Numbered from the stretch's first letter, positions 1 through 12,545 are shown. The stretch: DNA of 64,000 nucleotides from Albidovulum sp. (GCA_020637635.1 JACKKB010000002.1:465590-529589); one strand, 5' to 3'. The notes: generated from the letters alone by a model not told the origin. Translations and numbers: made by a program.

Positions 1-1040
1 TGGGGGCCGTGATAGTCAGGATCGAAGCCTCCGGCGAAGGAATAGGTCGGCACGGCGCCACCCTTGACGATCTTGCCCTCGAGCGTCTCGCGGTCGATCG
101 CCAGCGACAGCGCGCGGCGAACGTCGATGTTGTCGAGCGGCGGGCGCTTGAGGTTGAAGCTGTAGTAGGTCACCTCGGTCGAGGGCGAGATCGAGACCTG
201 ATCGGGAATGCTCTCCTGCAACGCCGCGATCTGGTTCACCGGAATGTCGTAGGTGATGTCGATCTCGCCGGCCTGATAGCGCTTCAGTTCGGTATTGACG
301 TCCTCGGTCACGTGATACTTCACGAACGGGATCTTGACGTTGGCGGCATCCCAGTAGTTCGGGTTCCGCTCCAGCAGGACATGGCTCTGCGGCACGACCT
401 CCTTGATGATGTAGGCGCCGTTCGAGACCACATGCGCGGGGTCGATGAAGACCCCTGCGCCCATGGCCTCGAAGCTCGGGCTATGGAGCGGGGCGAGCTG
501 GAATGCGCCCATGAGGTCGAGCATGTGCGGATTCGGCGTTTCCATCTCGATCACCACGGTGCGGTCGTCCGGCGCCGTCATGCCGAGCGTCGTCGCATCC
601 TTGGTCTCGCCGTTGGCAAGCGCCTCGGCGCCCTTCACCTTGATGACCGAGTAGAAGTAGTAACCCTTTTCCGAGGCGGTATCGGGGTTCAGCGTGCGCA
701 GCACCGCGTTCACGAAGTCCTGTGCCACGAGCGGGTCGCCGTTCGACCATTTCAGGCCATCGCGCAGGTGGAACACATAGGTCTTGCCGTCGGCGCTGAT
801 ATCCCAGCTCTCGGCCGCGCCGGGGATCACCTTGCCGCTTCCGTCGAAGTTCACGAGCCCCTCGTAGGCGTCCGACTGGATCCATCCTGCGGCGGCATCG
901 AAGTTCACCTGCGGATCGAGCGAGGACCATTCCGAACCGATGCCGCGGTCGAGCGTGTCGTCGGCAGTCGCCGGACCGGAAAGGGCCAGCGATGCCGCGA
1001 GCATGAGCCCGCCGAGCGTGATTGCGAGATGCCGTCTCAT
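1..1040 (-). CDS. Peptide ABC transporter substrate-binding protein (OppA/SBP_bac_5 family); 3' end lies outside the window
   Basis: Not in the ORF track. My translation from ATG 1040 gives MRRHLAITLGGLMLAASLALSGPATA (signal peptide), then SLDPQ...YEGLVNFD...PGAAESWDISADGKTYVFHLRDGLKWSNGDPLVAQDFV, the family-5 SBP signature. Confidence 0.93.
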   Translation of the reverse strand, partial: MRRHLAITLGGLMLAASLALSGPATADDTLDRGIGSEWSSLDPQVNFDAAAGWIQSDAYEGLVNFDGSGKVIPGAAESWDISADGKTYVFHLRDGLKWSNGDPLVAQDFVNAVLRTLNPDTASEKGYYFYSVIKVKGAEALANGETKDATTLGMTAPDDRTVVIEMETPNPHMLDLMGAFQLAPLHSPSFEAMGAGVFIDPAHVVSNGAYIIKEVVPQSHVLLERNPNYWDAANVKIPFVKYHVTEDVNTELKRYQAGEIDITYDIPVNQIAALQESIPDQVSISPSTEVTYYSFNLKRPPLDNIDVRRALSLAIDRETLEGKIVKGGAVPTYSFAGGFDPDYHGP

Positions 1041-1076
1041 CGTGTTGCTCCCTTTGGTTGGCTGATGTGCATGGGT

Positions 1077-2201
1077 CTAGTTGGACAAGAGATGCCCTTG
1101 CCGCACGATCCGGTCTCCGGCGACATGGGCGAGGCTCGCGCCCCTCAGGCAGGGGCGCCAGAGTTCCTGGCGGAAGAGGATGCCGGCAACCGGCGCGAGG
1201 ACCGGCGTGCGCTGGCGGTCGAGAGGATCGGTGACATGGGCGATGATGTCGCCCTCGCGCACCGTCGCGCCGGGCGGCGCTGCCCATGTCACCACGCCGG
1301 CATGCGGCGCGAAGACCTCGGCGGCGCCGCCGAGCGGCAGGGTCGGCGCGTCGGGATGGGCCGGACGCTCGCCGTGCCCCTCGAGCGCTCCCAGCGCGGC
1401 GAGGAAGGTCATGAGATTGGCCGCATCCGCGCCCGCGGTCGCGTCGTCGACGTCAAACTGGCCGCGGTATTCGAGCGTCGCCGAGAAGCAGGGAGCGGGA
1501 ATCGGGAAGCGGCCGGCGAAGCGGTCGCGCAGCTGCTTCCACGGGGCGGTGTGCGCCTCGTCGAAAGCATTGCCGCCCGAGACCGCCTCGATCAGCGCAA
1601 GCTCGGCCCCGATCGAGCGGCAGAGCAGGCTCGTGATCTCCGGGCGCTCGGGGCTGGCATAGAGATGCAGGACGGCGAAGTGATCGCAATGCAGGTCGAG
1701 CACCACGTCGGCGTCGCAGGACCAGGAAAGGAGCGCGAGCTGCAGCTCGATCATCTCGGTCCGCGCACGGGCGATCTCCTCGGCGACGACCTCGCGGAAG
1801 GCGCTTCGGATCGCGCGGGCGTTGGCCGCCGGATCGGCGCCGAGACGCGGTTCGATCCGCTCGCCCGCGAGCACCGCGAGATCGGGGAAGCCGCGGTTGA
1901 AATTGTGCAGGCTCTCGGCCTCCTGACGCCCCAGCGGGCGCTGGAAGGTCCATTGCGCCAGGCCGATCGGATTGGCGGCGGGAACCACCCTCACCTCGCC
2001 TCGCAGCCGGCCCTCGGCTTCGGCCCGGTCGAGAAGCGGGAGCAGATGCTGGAGCACCAGAACGCCCGGCATCTCGTCGGCATGAAGCCCCGCCTGCAGG
2101 TAGACCACGGGGCCCGTCCCGCCACCGCCATAGCGCAGGCAGGCGATCTCGCGGGTGGTTCCCGGCGCGGCGACAGCGAGACGGCGGCGCTCGGTCTTCA
2201 T
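1077..2201 (-). CDS. Succinylglutamate desuccinylase/aspartoacylase (M14-like) hydrolase, AotO/CphZ-like
   Basis: Motifs LHADEMPG, NFNRGF, DVVLDLHCD, FDEA and TLEYRG, plus a C-terminal barrel-sandwich-like segment. Confidence 0.88.
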   Translation of the reverse strand: MKTERRRLAVAAPGTTREIACLRYGGGGTGPVVYLQAGLHADEMPGVLVLQHLLPLLDRAEAEGRLRGEVRVVPAANPIGLAQWTFQRPLGRQEAESLHNFNRGFPDLAVLAGERIEPRLGADPAANARAIRSAFREVVAEEIARARTEMIELQLALLSWSCDADVVLDLHCDHFAVLHLYASPERPEITSLLCRSIGAELALIEAVSGGNAFDEAHTAPWKQLRDRFAGRFPIPAPCFSATLEYRGQFDVDDATAGADAANLMTFLAALGALEGHGERPAHPDAPTLPLGGAAEVFAPHAGVVTWAAPPGATVREGDIIAHVTDPLDRQRTPVLAPVAGILFRQELWRPCLRGASLAHVAGDRIVRQGHLLSN

Positions 2202-2237
2202 CGGGTCGGCCTCGGCCGGGGTGCACCGCGGGCCATC

Positions 2238-3596
2238 TCAGCCGGCCGATGCGGGCAGGCCGCAATCGGCGGCGAAGGCGGCAAGCGCGGCGTCGAGCCT
2301 GGCGATGATCTCGTCGACCTCCGCGGGCGTCGTGATCAGCGGCGGCGCCACGATCACGTGATCGCCGGAATAGCCGCCGCGCGAGCGGCGCGGATAGACG
2401 ATGAGCCCGCGGGCATAGGCCTCTTCGGTAAGCCGGTCGTAGGCCTTGAGCGCGGCCGGCAGGGGTTCCCGGGTGTCGCGGTCGGCCACCAGTTCGATGG
2501 CCAGGAGCATGCCCATCCCGCGGACCTCGCCGATGAAGGGATAGCGGCCCTGCAACGCCGCGAGTCCCGCCTTGAGCAGCGCGCCGGTGCTGACAGCGTT
2601 GGCCATCATCCCCTGCCGTTCCATCTCCGCGATCACGGCAAGGCCGGCGGCGCAGGCGAGCGGGTTGCCGGCATAGGTGAAGCCGTGGTTGAAGCCGCCC
2701 GAGGCGAGGAGCGCATCGACGATGTCGCCACGCGCGACAATGGCGCCGAGCGGCACGTAGCCGGCGCCAAGACCCTTTGAGATGGCAAGGATATCGGGCG
2801 CCGCCGCCCAGTTCTGGCCACCGAAGTACCGCCCCGTGCGGCCGCCCCCCGACATCACCTCGTCATGGATGAGAAGCACTCCATGACGGTCGCAGACCGC
2901 GCGCACCGCCTCCATGTAGCCAGCCGGCGGAACCAGTGCGCCGGTCGAGGCGCCGCCGATGGGCTCAAGGATGAAGGCAAGCACGCTTTCCGGCCCCTCC
3001 TCCTCGATCTTCGCCTCGAGTAGTGCGGCGTAGTGGTCGCCGGTAGCCGGGTCGGAAGGGTCGAGCCCGTCGAGCCAGGCCCGCGGCGCCGGCACCTTGG
3101 GCATCATCTGCATCATCGGCCGGAACGGATCGACGAGCGGATCGTAGCCCGAGACAGCGAGCGCGCCGAGGGTGCAGCCATGGTAGGATGGATAGCGCGA
3201 AATCACCTTCCAGCGGCTGCCTGCGCCCGTCGCCACGGCATATTGCCGCGCCAGCTTCAGCGCTGATTCCACCGCCTCGGAACCGCCGGAGACGAAGAAC
3301 ACCCGGTCCATGCCCGGCCACGCCAGATCGGACAGCTTGGCCGCCAGATGCTCGCCCGGTTCGGTGACGAAGTGCAGACGATAGCCGAAGGTCGACCGTT
3401 CCATCTGCCGGCGCATGGCCTCGAGCACCTGCGGATTGGAATGGCCGATGTTGCAGACCATCGCACCCGAGGAACCGTCGATGAACCGGTTGCCCTCGGT
3501 GTCCCACATGTAGACGCCTTCGGCACGGTCGAGCACCGGACGTCTGTGGTCGGTCTGGTAGAACAGATGAGACCGCGCGTTTCTCAGTTCGTCCAT
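2238..3596 (-). CDS. Class-III PLP-dependent aminotransferase
   Basis: Motifs DGSSGA, SGGSEAVESA, SYHG, LIHDEVMSGGGRTG, SKGLGAG (PLP lysine) and HGFTY. A GGAG RBS precedes ATG 3596. Confidence 0.92.
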   Translation of the reverse strand: MDELRNARSHLFYQTDHRRPVLDRAEGVYMWDTEGNRFIDGSSGAMVCNIGHSNPQVLEAMRRQMERSTFGYRLHFVTEPGEHLAAKLSDLAWPGMDRVFFVSGGSEAVESALKLARQYAVATGAGSRWKVISRYPSYHGCTLGALAVSGYDPLVDPFRPMMQMMPKVPAPRAWLDGLDPSDPATGDHYAALLEAKIEEEGPESVLAFILEPIGGASTGALVPPAGYMEAVRAVCDRHGVLLIHDEVMSGGGRTGRYFGGQNWAAAPDILAISKGLGAGYVPLGAIVARGDIVDALLASGGFNHGFTYAGNPLACAAGLAVIAEMERQGMMANAVSTGALLKAGLAALQGRYPFIGEVRGMGMLLAIELVADRDTREPLPAALKAYDRLTEEAYARGLIVYPRRSRGGYSGDHVIVAPPLITTPAEVDEIIARLDAALAAFAADCGLPASAG

Positions 3597-3641
3597 GCGA
3601 CTCTCCATCCTTCACCTAAAAGACTGGACGGCAGGGGGGTG

Positions 3642-3687
3642 ATAGATCAAATAGATAATTGGAATGCAATTCATTCCCTGGATCTAT
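3642..3687. promoter_or_regulatory. Divergent promoter with putative LysR-binding sites
   Basis: AT-rich spacer between divergent genes. It contains T-N11-A boxes, the palindrome GGAATG-N5-CATTCC (3661-3677) and the inverted pair ATAGATC (3642)/GATCTAT (3681). Confidence 0.5.
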
Positions 3688-3692
3688 GCACC

Positions 3693-4673
3693 ATGGCCCG
3701 TCTCTCGCCCGCGGAACGCCTGGTCCGCGACCTCGACTGGAACCTGCTCCGGGTCTTCCTCGCGATTGCCGAGGCCGGTTCGATCACCGGCGCGGCTGCG
3801 TTGCTGAGCCTCAAGCAGCCGTCTGTCTCCTCGGCGCTGAAACGGCTCGAGGCGCGGCTCGGCGCGACCCTCGTCGAGCGCCGGCCCGGCCATTTCCGGC
3901 TGACCCCCGCGGGCGAGCGGCTGCGGGTCGAGGCCGAGGAGGTGCGCGCCGCCGTTCTCAGGCTGAGCGACGCGGTGACCGAGGTCGAGGGGCAGGCCTC
4001 CGGCCCGGTGACGATCGCGATGGCGAGCCATGTGATCAGCCCGCATTTCGATCGCGTGATCGCGGGCTTTCACCGCGACCATCCGGCCGCGACCTTCGAC
4101 ATCGAGGTAATTGCCAGCCGCACGGCGATCGGCGCGGTGCAGGCGCGCAAGGCGAGTTTCGCGGTCTGCCTGGTGAGCGCGCTTCCGCCCGGGCTCGAGG
4201 CGGAGGTGCTCTACCGCGAGTCCTTCGGGCTCTTCTGCGGGCCGACGCATCCGCTGTTCGGGCAGCGCGGCGTGAAGCTCGGCGATCTTGCCGGTCTGCC
4301 GAGCGTATCGTTCCGCACCGACCGGGTCGGCGATGCGTTGCAGCCCGTCACTGAAATGCGGCGTGCGGCGCAGCTCGACGATCGCGTGGTTGGCACTTCG
4401 GTCAATCTCGAAGAGGTCCGCTGGATGATCTGGGTCGGCATGGGTATCGGCCCGCTGCCGCTCCATATCGCCGCGGAGGACGTGGCCGAGGGCCGGCTCT
4501 GGCGCCTGCCGCCCTACAGCGATCCGCCCGCGATCGAGGTCTTTCTGGTCTGGAATCCGAAGCAGAGGCTCAACAGTGCCGAGGCGGAGCTTCTGGCGCG
4601 TTTGCGCAGCGAGATCGCGCAGACGCCGGCGGATGAGCGCGCCTATGACGACGCGACGGACGCCGGCAGCTAG
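3693..4673 (+). CDS. LysR-family transcriptional regulator
   Basis: HTH segment DLDWNLLRVFLAIAEAGSITGAAALLSLKQPSVSSALKRLE followed by a LysR substrate-binding domain; divergent from the aminotransferase. Confidence 0.95.
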   Translation: MARLSPAERLVRDLDWNLLRVFLAIAEAGSITGAAALLSLKQPSVSSALKRLEARLGATLVERRPGHFRLTPAGERLRVEAEEVRAAVLRLSDAVTEVEGQASGPVTIAMASHVISPHFDRVIAGFHRDHPAATFDIEVIASRTAIGAVQARKASFAVCLVSALPPGLEAEVLYRESFGLFCGPTHPLFGQRGVKLGDLAGLPSVSFRTDRVGDALQPVTEMRRAAQLDDRVVGTSVNLEEVRWMIWVGMGIGPLPLHIAAEDVAEGRLWRLPPYSDPPAIEVFLVWNPKQRLNSAEAELLARLRSEIAQTPADERAYDDATDAGS

Positions 4674-4691
4674 CGGCCTCTACCGCGACGA

Positions 4692-5507
4692 TCAGGCCCG
4701 GACGCGCGCCACGGTCAGTTCGATGACCTCGGTCGTCATCTGCTCCTGACGGGCGCGCAGATAGCTCTGCTCGACCTCGGTTCGGCGCGCGCGGAGGTTG
4801 GTCTGGGCGCGGGCCATCGCCTCGACACGCGCCTCGGCCTCGGCCGCCATGCCCTGCATGAGCGCGAGCGCGACGGCGGCAAAGAGCGCCTCCTGCAGAA
4901 GACCGGTCATGAGATCGGTGAGCGGCATGGTGGTCAAAGGCAGCGCCGCGGCGGTGTCGCTGCCGTCCGGATCGGGTGGAAACATACGCCGCAGTTCGGC
5001 CCCGCGCTCCGCGCGCGGGGCGCCGAGCAGCGCGCGGATCGGGCCGGGGAACGCGGCGCTCAGCCCGATCAACCTATCGGCGATCTCGCCGGCCAGTGCG
5101 GGCACCCCCGCCGGATGGCCGGGAAGATCGGCCGACCACTGAAGGGCGCAACCGCTGTCCTCGAGCATCGCCACCGTCCTGCGACCGACCGCGACGACGC
5201 CCGCGCCATGGTCGCCGAGATCCCGCAGCGCCTCGGCGATGCGCGCCGGATAGGCACCGGAGAAACCCTGCGCGGCACCGACGACGAGAAGGAGCCCCGG
5301 CCCCCGCGGCGCAGGCGCCGGACCCGCCGCGGCGACGATGGTCCCGAGCGCGCTGGCGATGGTTGCGCTATAGGTTGCGATCGCGCCGCCCATGCCGCGG
5401 GTCGCCGAGGCCTGGGCCGCGGCGATGGCCCGCAGCGCCCCCACGACCTGGCCGATCTCGTCGAGACCGGCCATGCGGCGCTGAACCTGTTCGGGGCGGT
5501 CCGTCAT
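4692..5507 (-). CDS. atpG: N-ATPase gamma subunit
   Basis: C-terminal [13 protein letters not shown] and [10 protein letters not shown]; last gene of the atp operon. Confidence 0.9.
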   Translation of the reverse strand: MTDRPEQVQRRMAGLDEIGQVVGALRAIAAAQASATRGMGGAIATYSATIASALGTIVAAAGPAPAPRGPGLLLVVGAAQGFSGAYPARIAEALRDLGDHGAGVVAVGRRTVAMLEDSGCALQWSADLPGHPAGVPALAGEIADRLIGLSAAFPGPIRALLGAPRAERGAELRRMFPPDPDGSDTAAALPLTTMPLTDLMTGLLQEALFAAVALALMQGMAAEAEARVEAMARAQTNLRARRTEVEQSYLRARQEQMTTEVIELTVARVRA

Positions 5508-6997
5508 CGGCCAAGCGCGCTGCGCGCCACGTCGAGCAGGACGGCCCTGGTGGCGTCATCGAGCGCGCTCGGAGCGGCGCGCAGGGCCGCCAGCCGCGGC
5601 TCGGCCGCGATGAGCGGCGGCAGCGCCGCCTTCAGCGCAGGCAGCCGCGCGGGGTCCGCGGCGTCGAGTAGGCCCTCGTTCAGGGCGGCCAGAAGCGCGA
5701 TCTGGGTCAGCACCGCCAGGGGCGCGAAGCGCGGCTGCGCGAGCAGCTCCGCGATCCGCTCGCCGCGCGCCATCCGGGTTTTCAGGGCGGCGTCGCCCAT
5801 GCCGCCGAAGCGCGAGAACATCTTCATTTCCAGGTATTGCGCATAGTCGAGCCGGAGCCGCCCCGCGACCGCCTTCATCGCCCCCCACTGGGCCTTGCCG
5901 CCGACACGGCTGACCGACAGCCCGATGTCGACGGCCGGACGCTGGTTGGCGGCGAAAAGCCCCTGCGAGGTGACGAGCTGGCCGTCGGAGATGGAGATGA
6001 GGTTGGTCGGGATATAGGCCGAGAGGTTCCCCGCCTCGATCTCGGCGATCGGCAGGGCGGTCAGCGAACCGCCGCCCCGCGCCGCCGACATCCGGGCCGC
6101 GCGTTCGAGAAGGCGGGCATGCAGATAGAAAATGTCGCCCGGATAGGCCTCGCGCCCCGGCGGCTGCCGCGACAGCAGCGCGATCTCGCGGTGAGTCTCG
6201 GCGTGCTTGGTCAGGTCGTCGTAGACGATGAGGACATGCTGGCCCTTGTCGCGGAACCACTCCGCCATCGAGGTCGCGGCGAAGGGGGCGAGCCAGCGCA
6301 GGCCGGGCGCGGCGGTGGCCTCGGCGACGACGAAGATCGTCCGTTCCATGCGGCCGCGGCTGCGAACCGCCTCGATCACCCGGCGCACCGCGGACATGCG
6401 CTGGCCGATGGCGACATAGATGCAGATCACCCCGCTCGTGGCCTGGTTGATGATCGCGTCGACGGCGATCGAGGTCTTGCCGGTCTGCCGCTCGCCGATG
6501 ATGAGTTCGCGCTGGCCGCGACCGACGGCGAAGAGGGCATCGACCACCAGGAGCCCGGTCTCGAGCGGTTCCGAAACGAAGTCGCGCTCGATGATCGCCG
6601 GAGCCGGACGCTCGGCCGGAAGGGTCTCGGTGCATCCGGGGGCCGGCGCCTCGTCGAGCGGGCGTCCGAGCGGATCGAGCACGCGACCCAGCAAGGCCTC
6701 GCCGACCGGAACCGAGGCGATGTGCCCGCTCCGCGCGACGCTGCTGCCGGCCTCGACCCCGTCGGGCGGATCGAGAAAGGCAGCGTGCAGGCGATCCTCC
6801 TCGAGCGTCAGGACAAAGCCGCGTGCGCCGGTCACGAAGATCACGATCTCGTTCAGTTCGGCCCCCTGAAGGCCACCCACCTCGGCCAGCCCGTCGGCGA
6901 GCGCGAGGATCGTGCCCGTCTCCTCGAGCGCGGCGCCGAGCCTGGCCTCCGCGATCCGGCCGCGCAGCCGTTCGAGCCCGGCGTCATCCCCGCTCAT
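5504..6997 (-). CDS. atpA: N-ATPase alpha subunit
   Basis: Motifs [43 protein letters not shown] and [10 protein letters not shown]. Confidence 0.97.
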   Translation of the reverse strand: MSGDDAGLERLRGRIAEARLGAALEETGTILALADGLAEVGGLQGAELNEIVIFVTGARGFVLTLEEDRLHAAFLDPPDGVEAGSSVARSGHIASVPVGEALLGRVLDPLGRPLDEAPAPGCTETLPAERPAPAIIERDFVSEPLETGLLVVDALFAVGRGQRELIIGERQTGKTSIAVDAIINQATSGVICIYVAIGQRMSAVRRVIEAVRSRGRMERTIFVVAEATAAPGLRWLAPFAATSMAEWFRDKGQHVLIVYDDLTKHAETHREIALLSRQPPGREAYPGDIFYLHARLLERAARMSAARGGGSLTALPIAEIEAGNLSAYIPTNLISISDGQLVTSQGLFAANQRPAVDIGLSVSRVGGKAQWGAMKAVAGRLRLDYAQYLEMKMFSRFGGMGDAALKTRMARGERIAELLAQPRFAPLAVLTQIALLAALNEGLLDAADPARLPALKAALPPLIAAEPRLAALRAAPSALDDATRAVLLDVARSALGR

Positions 6998-7706
6998 CGC
7001 GCATCGCCTCCGCTATCCGGTCGAGGTCATGGGCGAGGGAATTGCGGATCGCGCCGTTCGCGGAGCGCAGTTCAAGCCCGGCGATGAGCGCGGGATCGGT
7101 CGTCTCGGCCGGCTTGACGCCGAAGGGCGCAAGCGCCCTGGTCACGGCGGTTCGGTCGCGCGCGGAAAGCGGCCGGGGCGTCACGATCCGCAGCCCGTCG
7201 CCCTGCAGCAGCGCGGCGCGCTCGCCGGGCGTAAGCGCCCAGAGGGATGCGGCGAGCCGCTCCGCATAGCCGGCGAGCCCGGCCGGCTGCGCGGCAAGCG
7301 CCCGGCGTGCGACGGCGGCCGCAAGGTCGCGCGCCAGGGCGAGGGTCTCGGCGGCGGCACGAGCGCTCTCACGCTTCGCCTGCGCCTTGCCCCCGGCGAC
7401 GATGCGGGCGGCCTCATCGCGGGCCTTGTCGAGCAAGGCGTCGGTTTCGGTCCTGGCCTCGCCCTGTGCTTTCACGAGCAGGTCGTGGCGCGCCGCCTGG
7501 GTGGCGTCGCTCTCTGCCCGCGCGCGCGCCATCGCGGCGTCCGCGGCAGCCCTGGCATCGGTCGCGGCCTTCAGCGTCGCCTCGGTCTCGGCCTGCCGGC
7601 GGGCGATCACCGCGGCGACGGGGCGGAACAGGAAGTGCCGCAGGATCGCCAGGAGCACCAGCACGTTCACGAGCTGGAAGGCGAAGGTGACCCAGTCGAA
7701 AGTCAT
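6984..7706 (-). CDS. atpF: N-ATPase b subunit with C-terminal delta-like extension
   Basis: N-terminal TM segment [27 protein letters not shown], then a coiled coil and a delta-like tail ([10 protein letters not shown]). No separate atpH gene is present. Confidence 0.9.
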   Translation of the reverse strand: MTFDWVTFAFQLVNVLVLLAILRHFLFRPVAAVIARRQAETEATLKAATDARAAADAAMARARAESDATQAARHDLLVKAQGEARTETDALLDKARDEAARIVAGGKAQAKRESARAAAETLALARDLAAAVARRALAAQPAGLAGYAERLAASLWALTPGERAALLQGDGLRIVTPRPLSARDRTAVTRALAPFGVKPAETTDPALIAGLELRSANGAIRNSLAHDLDRIAEAMRDERG

Positions 7707-7951
7707 TGCACGAAGGGATTGGCGAAGAGCAGCAGGAGCGCGATGACCAGGCAGTAGATCGCCGTCGTCTCGATCATCGCCAGGCCGACGAAGAGGGTCC
7801 GCGAGATGGTTCCGGCGGCCTCGGGCTGTCGGGCGATCGCCTCGAGCGCGGCGGTCACGGCGCGTCCTTCGGCCAGTGCCGGGCCAAGCGCGCCGAAGGA
7901 GACTGCGAAGGCCGCCGAGAAGATGCTGATGATCTGGATGAGGTCAGTCAT
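7703..7951 (-). CDS. atpE: N-ATPase c subunit
   Basis: Two TM helices joined by the ARQPEA loop; Glu in both helices (PALAEG and MIETTAIY). Confidence 0.96.
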   Translation of the reverse strand: MTDLIQIISIFSAAFAVSFGALGPALAEGRAVTAALEAIARQPEAAGTISRTLFVGLAMIETTAIYCLVIALLLLFANPFVQ

Positions 7952-8661
7952 GCGTTTGGTCCTTGGCCATGGGAGTGTCGGGGGGGGTGGTCGGCATTAT
8001 GTTCGCCGCTCACGGCCGAGCCGATGAAGACCAGCGCCAGCGTGGCGAAGATATAGGCCTGCACGGCGCCGGTCAGAAGATCGAGTGCCATGAGCGGGAT
8101 CGGCACCAGAAGCCCCGCGAGCGTGAGCACGATGCCGACCACGAAGACCCCGCTCATCACATTGCCGAAGAGCCGGACCATGAGCGAGAAGTGCCGTGTC
8201 ACCTGTTCGACGAGGTTCAGGGGGATCATCACCCAGCTCGGTCGCGCGAATCCTCCCAGCCAGCCGGCCGGGCCGCGTTCGCGGATGCCCCAGCAGATGC
8301 CGGCGGCGAAGACGATTGCGGCCAGCGCAGCATCGGTTTCCAGATGCGCGGTCGGCGGCTCGACGCCGGGGATGAGCGAGGACCAGTTGGCGACCAGGAT
8401 GAAGAGGAGAAGCGTGCCGACAAGCGTGCGGAAACGTCCCGGATCGCCCGCGACGGTGGCGCGGATTTCACCGTCGAGTGTCGTGACCACGAGTTCCAGG
8501 ACCGCCTGCGAAGTGGTGGGCTTCAGCGCCAGGCGGCGCGTGGCGAGGGCGGCGGCGAACGCCATCGCCGCCATGATACCCCATGTCGTCACCACGGGCC
8601 AGGTCACGGTGACGGGACCAAGCGTGAAGGCCGGCGCGGCGGAAAGAGGGGTATCGATCAT
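7948..8661 (-). CDS. atpB: N-ATPase a subunit
   Basis: Motifs [13 protein letters not shown] (conserved Arg) and [17 protein letters not shown] 8661 overlaps the atpR stop. Confidence 0.94.
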   Translation of the reverse strand: MIDTPLSAAPAFTLGPVTVTWPVVTTWGIMAAMAFAAALATRRLALKPTTSQAVLELVVTTLDGEIRATVAGDPGRFRTLVGTLLLFILVANWSSLIPGVEPPTAHLETDAALAAIVFAAGICWGIRERGPAGWLGGFARPSWVMIPLNLVEQVTRHFSLMVRLFGNVMSGVFVVGIVLTLAGLLVPIPLMALDLLTGAVQAYIFATLALVFIGSAVSGEHNADHPPRHSHGQGPNA

Positions 8662-8930
8662 CTGCCGGCCCGCCGCAGCGCCACGGACCTGCCGGCCAGG
8701 ATGCCGACCGCTCCGGCGATCAGGACCAGAGCGCCGCCCCGGGCGCATAGCCAGAGCAGCGCCGCGATGAGTACGAGCCGCGCGATCTGCAACCAGATCG
8801 CGGCGATCCGGCCGGCCACGATCATCTCGGCGATACGCGCGAGACTTGCAAAATGGAACCAGCCGGTGCCCAGCCCCGCAAGGGTGGCGGCGAGCGTGAG
8901 CAGGAGCGTGGCGGGATCTGGCAGGCTCAT
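8658..8930 (-). CDS. atpR: N-ATPase AtpR subunit
   Basis: 90-aa hydrophobic protein with Arg residues in or near TM helices, located between atpQ and atpB as in N-ATPase operons. Confidence 0.8.
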   Translation of the reverse strand: MSLPDPATLLLTLAATLAGLGTGWFHFASLARIAEMIVAGRIAAIWLQIARLVLIAALLWLCARGGALVLIAGAVGILAGRSVALRRAGR

Positions 8931-9273
8931 TGATCGCGTATCCATCGCAATGCAAGCCAGAAGCCGAGCGCCGCCCCGATCACGAGAAGCGCGGCCGCGA
9001 GGGTGATGCCGCCACCGAGCCGCAGGTCGAGCCAATGGCCGAGCACCGTGCCGCCCAGCGTCGGCAGAACGATGATCCAGCCAAGAATGCCGATCTGGCC
9101 GAAGCGGCGCGCCAGCGAGGGTTCGGGATCGGCCCGACCGGCGCGATCGCGCGCCTCGGCGCGGCGTGCCGCCTCTTCGGTGCGGTCCCGCGTCGGTTCG
9201 CGAGCGTCCTCGGGGGGGGGCGGCGATGCAGAAGGCGATGCAGACGGCGACCGAGGCGGCGAAGGAAGTGGGG

Positions 9274-9277
<4 letters not shown>
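8927..9277 (-). CDS. atpQ: N-ATPase AtpQ (AtpI/AtpZ-like) protein
   Basis: Segment GQIGILGWIIVLPTLGGTVLGHWLD; position directly after atpC. Confidence 0.85.
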
Positions 9278-11210
<1,933 letters not shown>

Positions 11211-11291
11211 GCGAGGAGGGTCAGGTGAGGGAGACAAATCGGCGCGGGGCCGTGGCGGGGCTCGCCCGCGAAATGATCCGGGGACGCCTTG

Positions 11292-11386
11292 GGGCAGCGA
11301 TGGCCCCGGCGGGCGCTTCCTTCGCTCCGGTCATGAACGCCACTGCATCCGACATCGTGTCGTCACGGGGCCGGATCACGCAGAGC
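11292..11386 (-). pseudogene. frcA: C-terminal remnant of fructose ABC transporter ATPase
   Basis: Translates as LCVIRPRDDTMSDAVAFMTGAKEAPAGAIAA, matching the FrcA C-terminus as I recall it. No Walker motifs remain upstream. Confidence 0.7.
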
Positions 11387-12110
11387 CAACGCGAGGATGC
11401 CGGTGAAGGCGCGGAAGAGCCCGGTCAGCGCATAGACATGGCGCCCCCGGGCGCTGTGGCGCGGGCCAAAGGCCATCTCGGCGACAACAACGATCAACGG
11501 AAAGTCGGCAGAGAGCACCTTGGTCCCGCCCGGCTGGATCGCGTTGCCCCGGAACTGGAACGCGGGCGCCTGTTCGGCGATGCCTGGCTCCGGATCGGCT
11601 CGCTCGCCGGGAAGATGACGTTCGACGGGGAATATCTGCCCGGTGCCGAGCGTGACGATGAAGGGGGGCGGTTTCAGGCCGAAACGAGAAGGCCGTCGAT
11701 CGCCCCCATCGCGGTGCCGAGAGCGCGCCCGGGGACGATCGCTGCCGGCGCGGGGATGCCATGGCGAAAGGTCGGCTGGCCCATGAGGACCGAGGAGAGG
11801 ACCGCGATCGCGCCGACAGAAAGGTCGATGCCGGCGGTCAGGATCACCCGGGTCCGGGCGCAGCCGATGATGCCGAGGATGGCGATCTGCGGCACGACCG
11901 TCGCCATGGTCGTGGCGCGGACGAAGGTCCGCGACAGGATCGCGAAGACCACCCGCGAGACCGGGAGAACGACCATCGGCGCGGTGGACGGTGTCTGGTT
12001 CAACCAGTGCCGGACCCGCCTCAGGGCGCCCCGGTCTTCCTGAAACAGCGCGACAGTTTCCGAAGCGCCCGCAACGCCCTCTTCGAAGCCGGTCGGCGCG
12101 GTCCCGTTCT
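11387..12110 (-). pseudogene. frcC: Frameshifted, truncated fructose ABC transporter permease
   Basis: Segment VILTAGIDLSVGAIAVLSSVLMGQPTFRHG, then a stop/frameshift, then PPFIVTLG and GRHVYAL fragments. No valid start codon. Confidence 0.8.
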
Positions 12111-12180
12111 CACCCTCCTTACCCTCCCTTTCCGGCCAATGAGGGCGCGGGCGAAGGGCGGCCGTCAGACTGCCTGTGGC

Positions 12181-12545
12181 ATGATCGCGGCCCGGGGCCG
12201 CCGGCCCCCCCTTCGCGGCCAGACGCGCCGGCGCGGGCCTGGTGCCGTCGGCGGCGTCGCCAGGATCACCGGGCTGCCGATCACGATGCTGAACCATGCC
12301 ACCGCGGCCTGCAGCGGCGAACGACCTGAGCCGATTCGACGCGCCGCTCGAAGGCTGGATCGAGCGTGCCGGGCGGCGATCGAACTGCTCGCCACGCAGG
12401 GCATCGGCGGACCGGGGCCCGGCGAGGCTTCGGTCGGGCGCGATGCCCTGGCAAACGGAGTGCCGAAGCTGCGCAGAGCCGAGCGCTTCAAGCTCGCCGG
12501 GCCGCGCTTCGGCCAGGGCTCCACCGGTCTTCCCGGGGTTGAGCG
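12181..12545 (+). pseudogene. frcR: Fragments of a ROK-family regulator (FrcR-like)
   Basis: ITGLPITMLNHATAACSGE resembles the ROK NDAxAAxxxE motif. Further pieces LEGWIERA and TQGIGGP...ASVGRDALA lie in shifting frames. Divergent from frcC. Confidence 0.6.

Noticed and set aside
9-2780. 923-aa plus-strand ORF
   Set aside because: Antisense shadow of the oppA, M14 hydrolase and aminotransferase genes. Such shadows are expected from high-GC codon bias, and it has no motifs.
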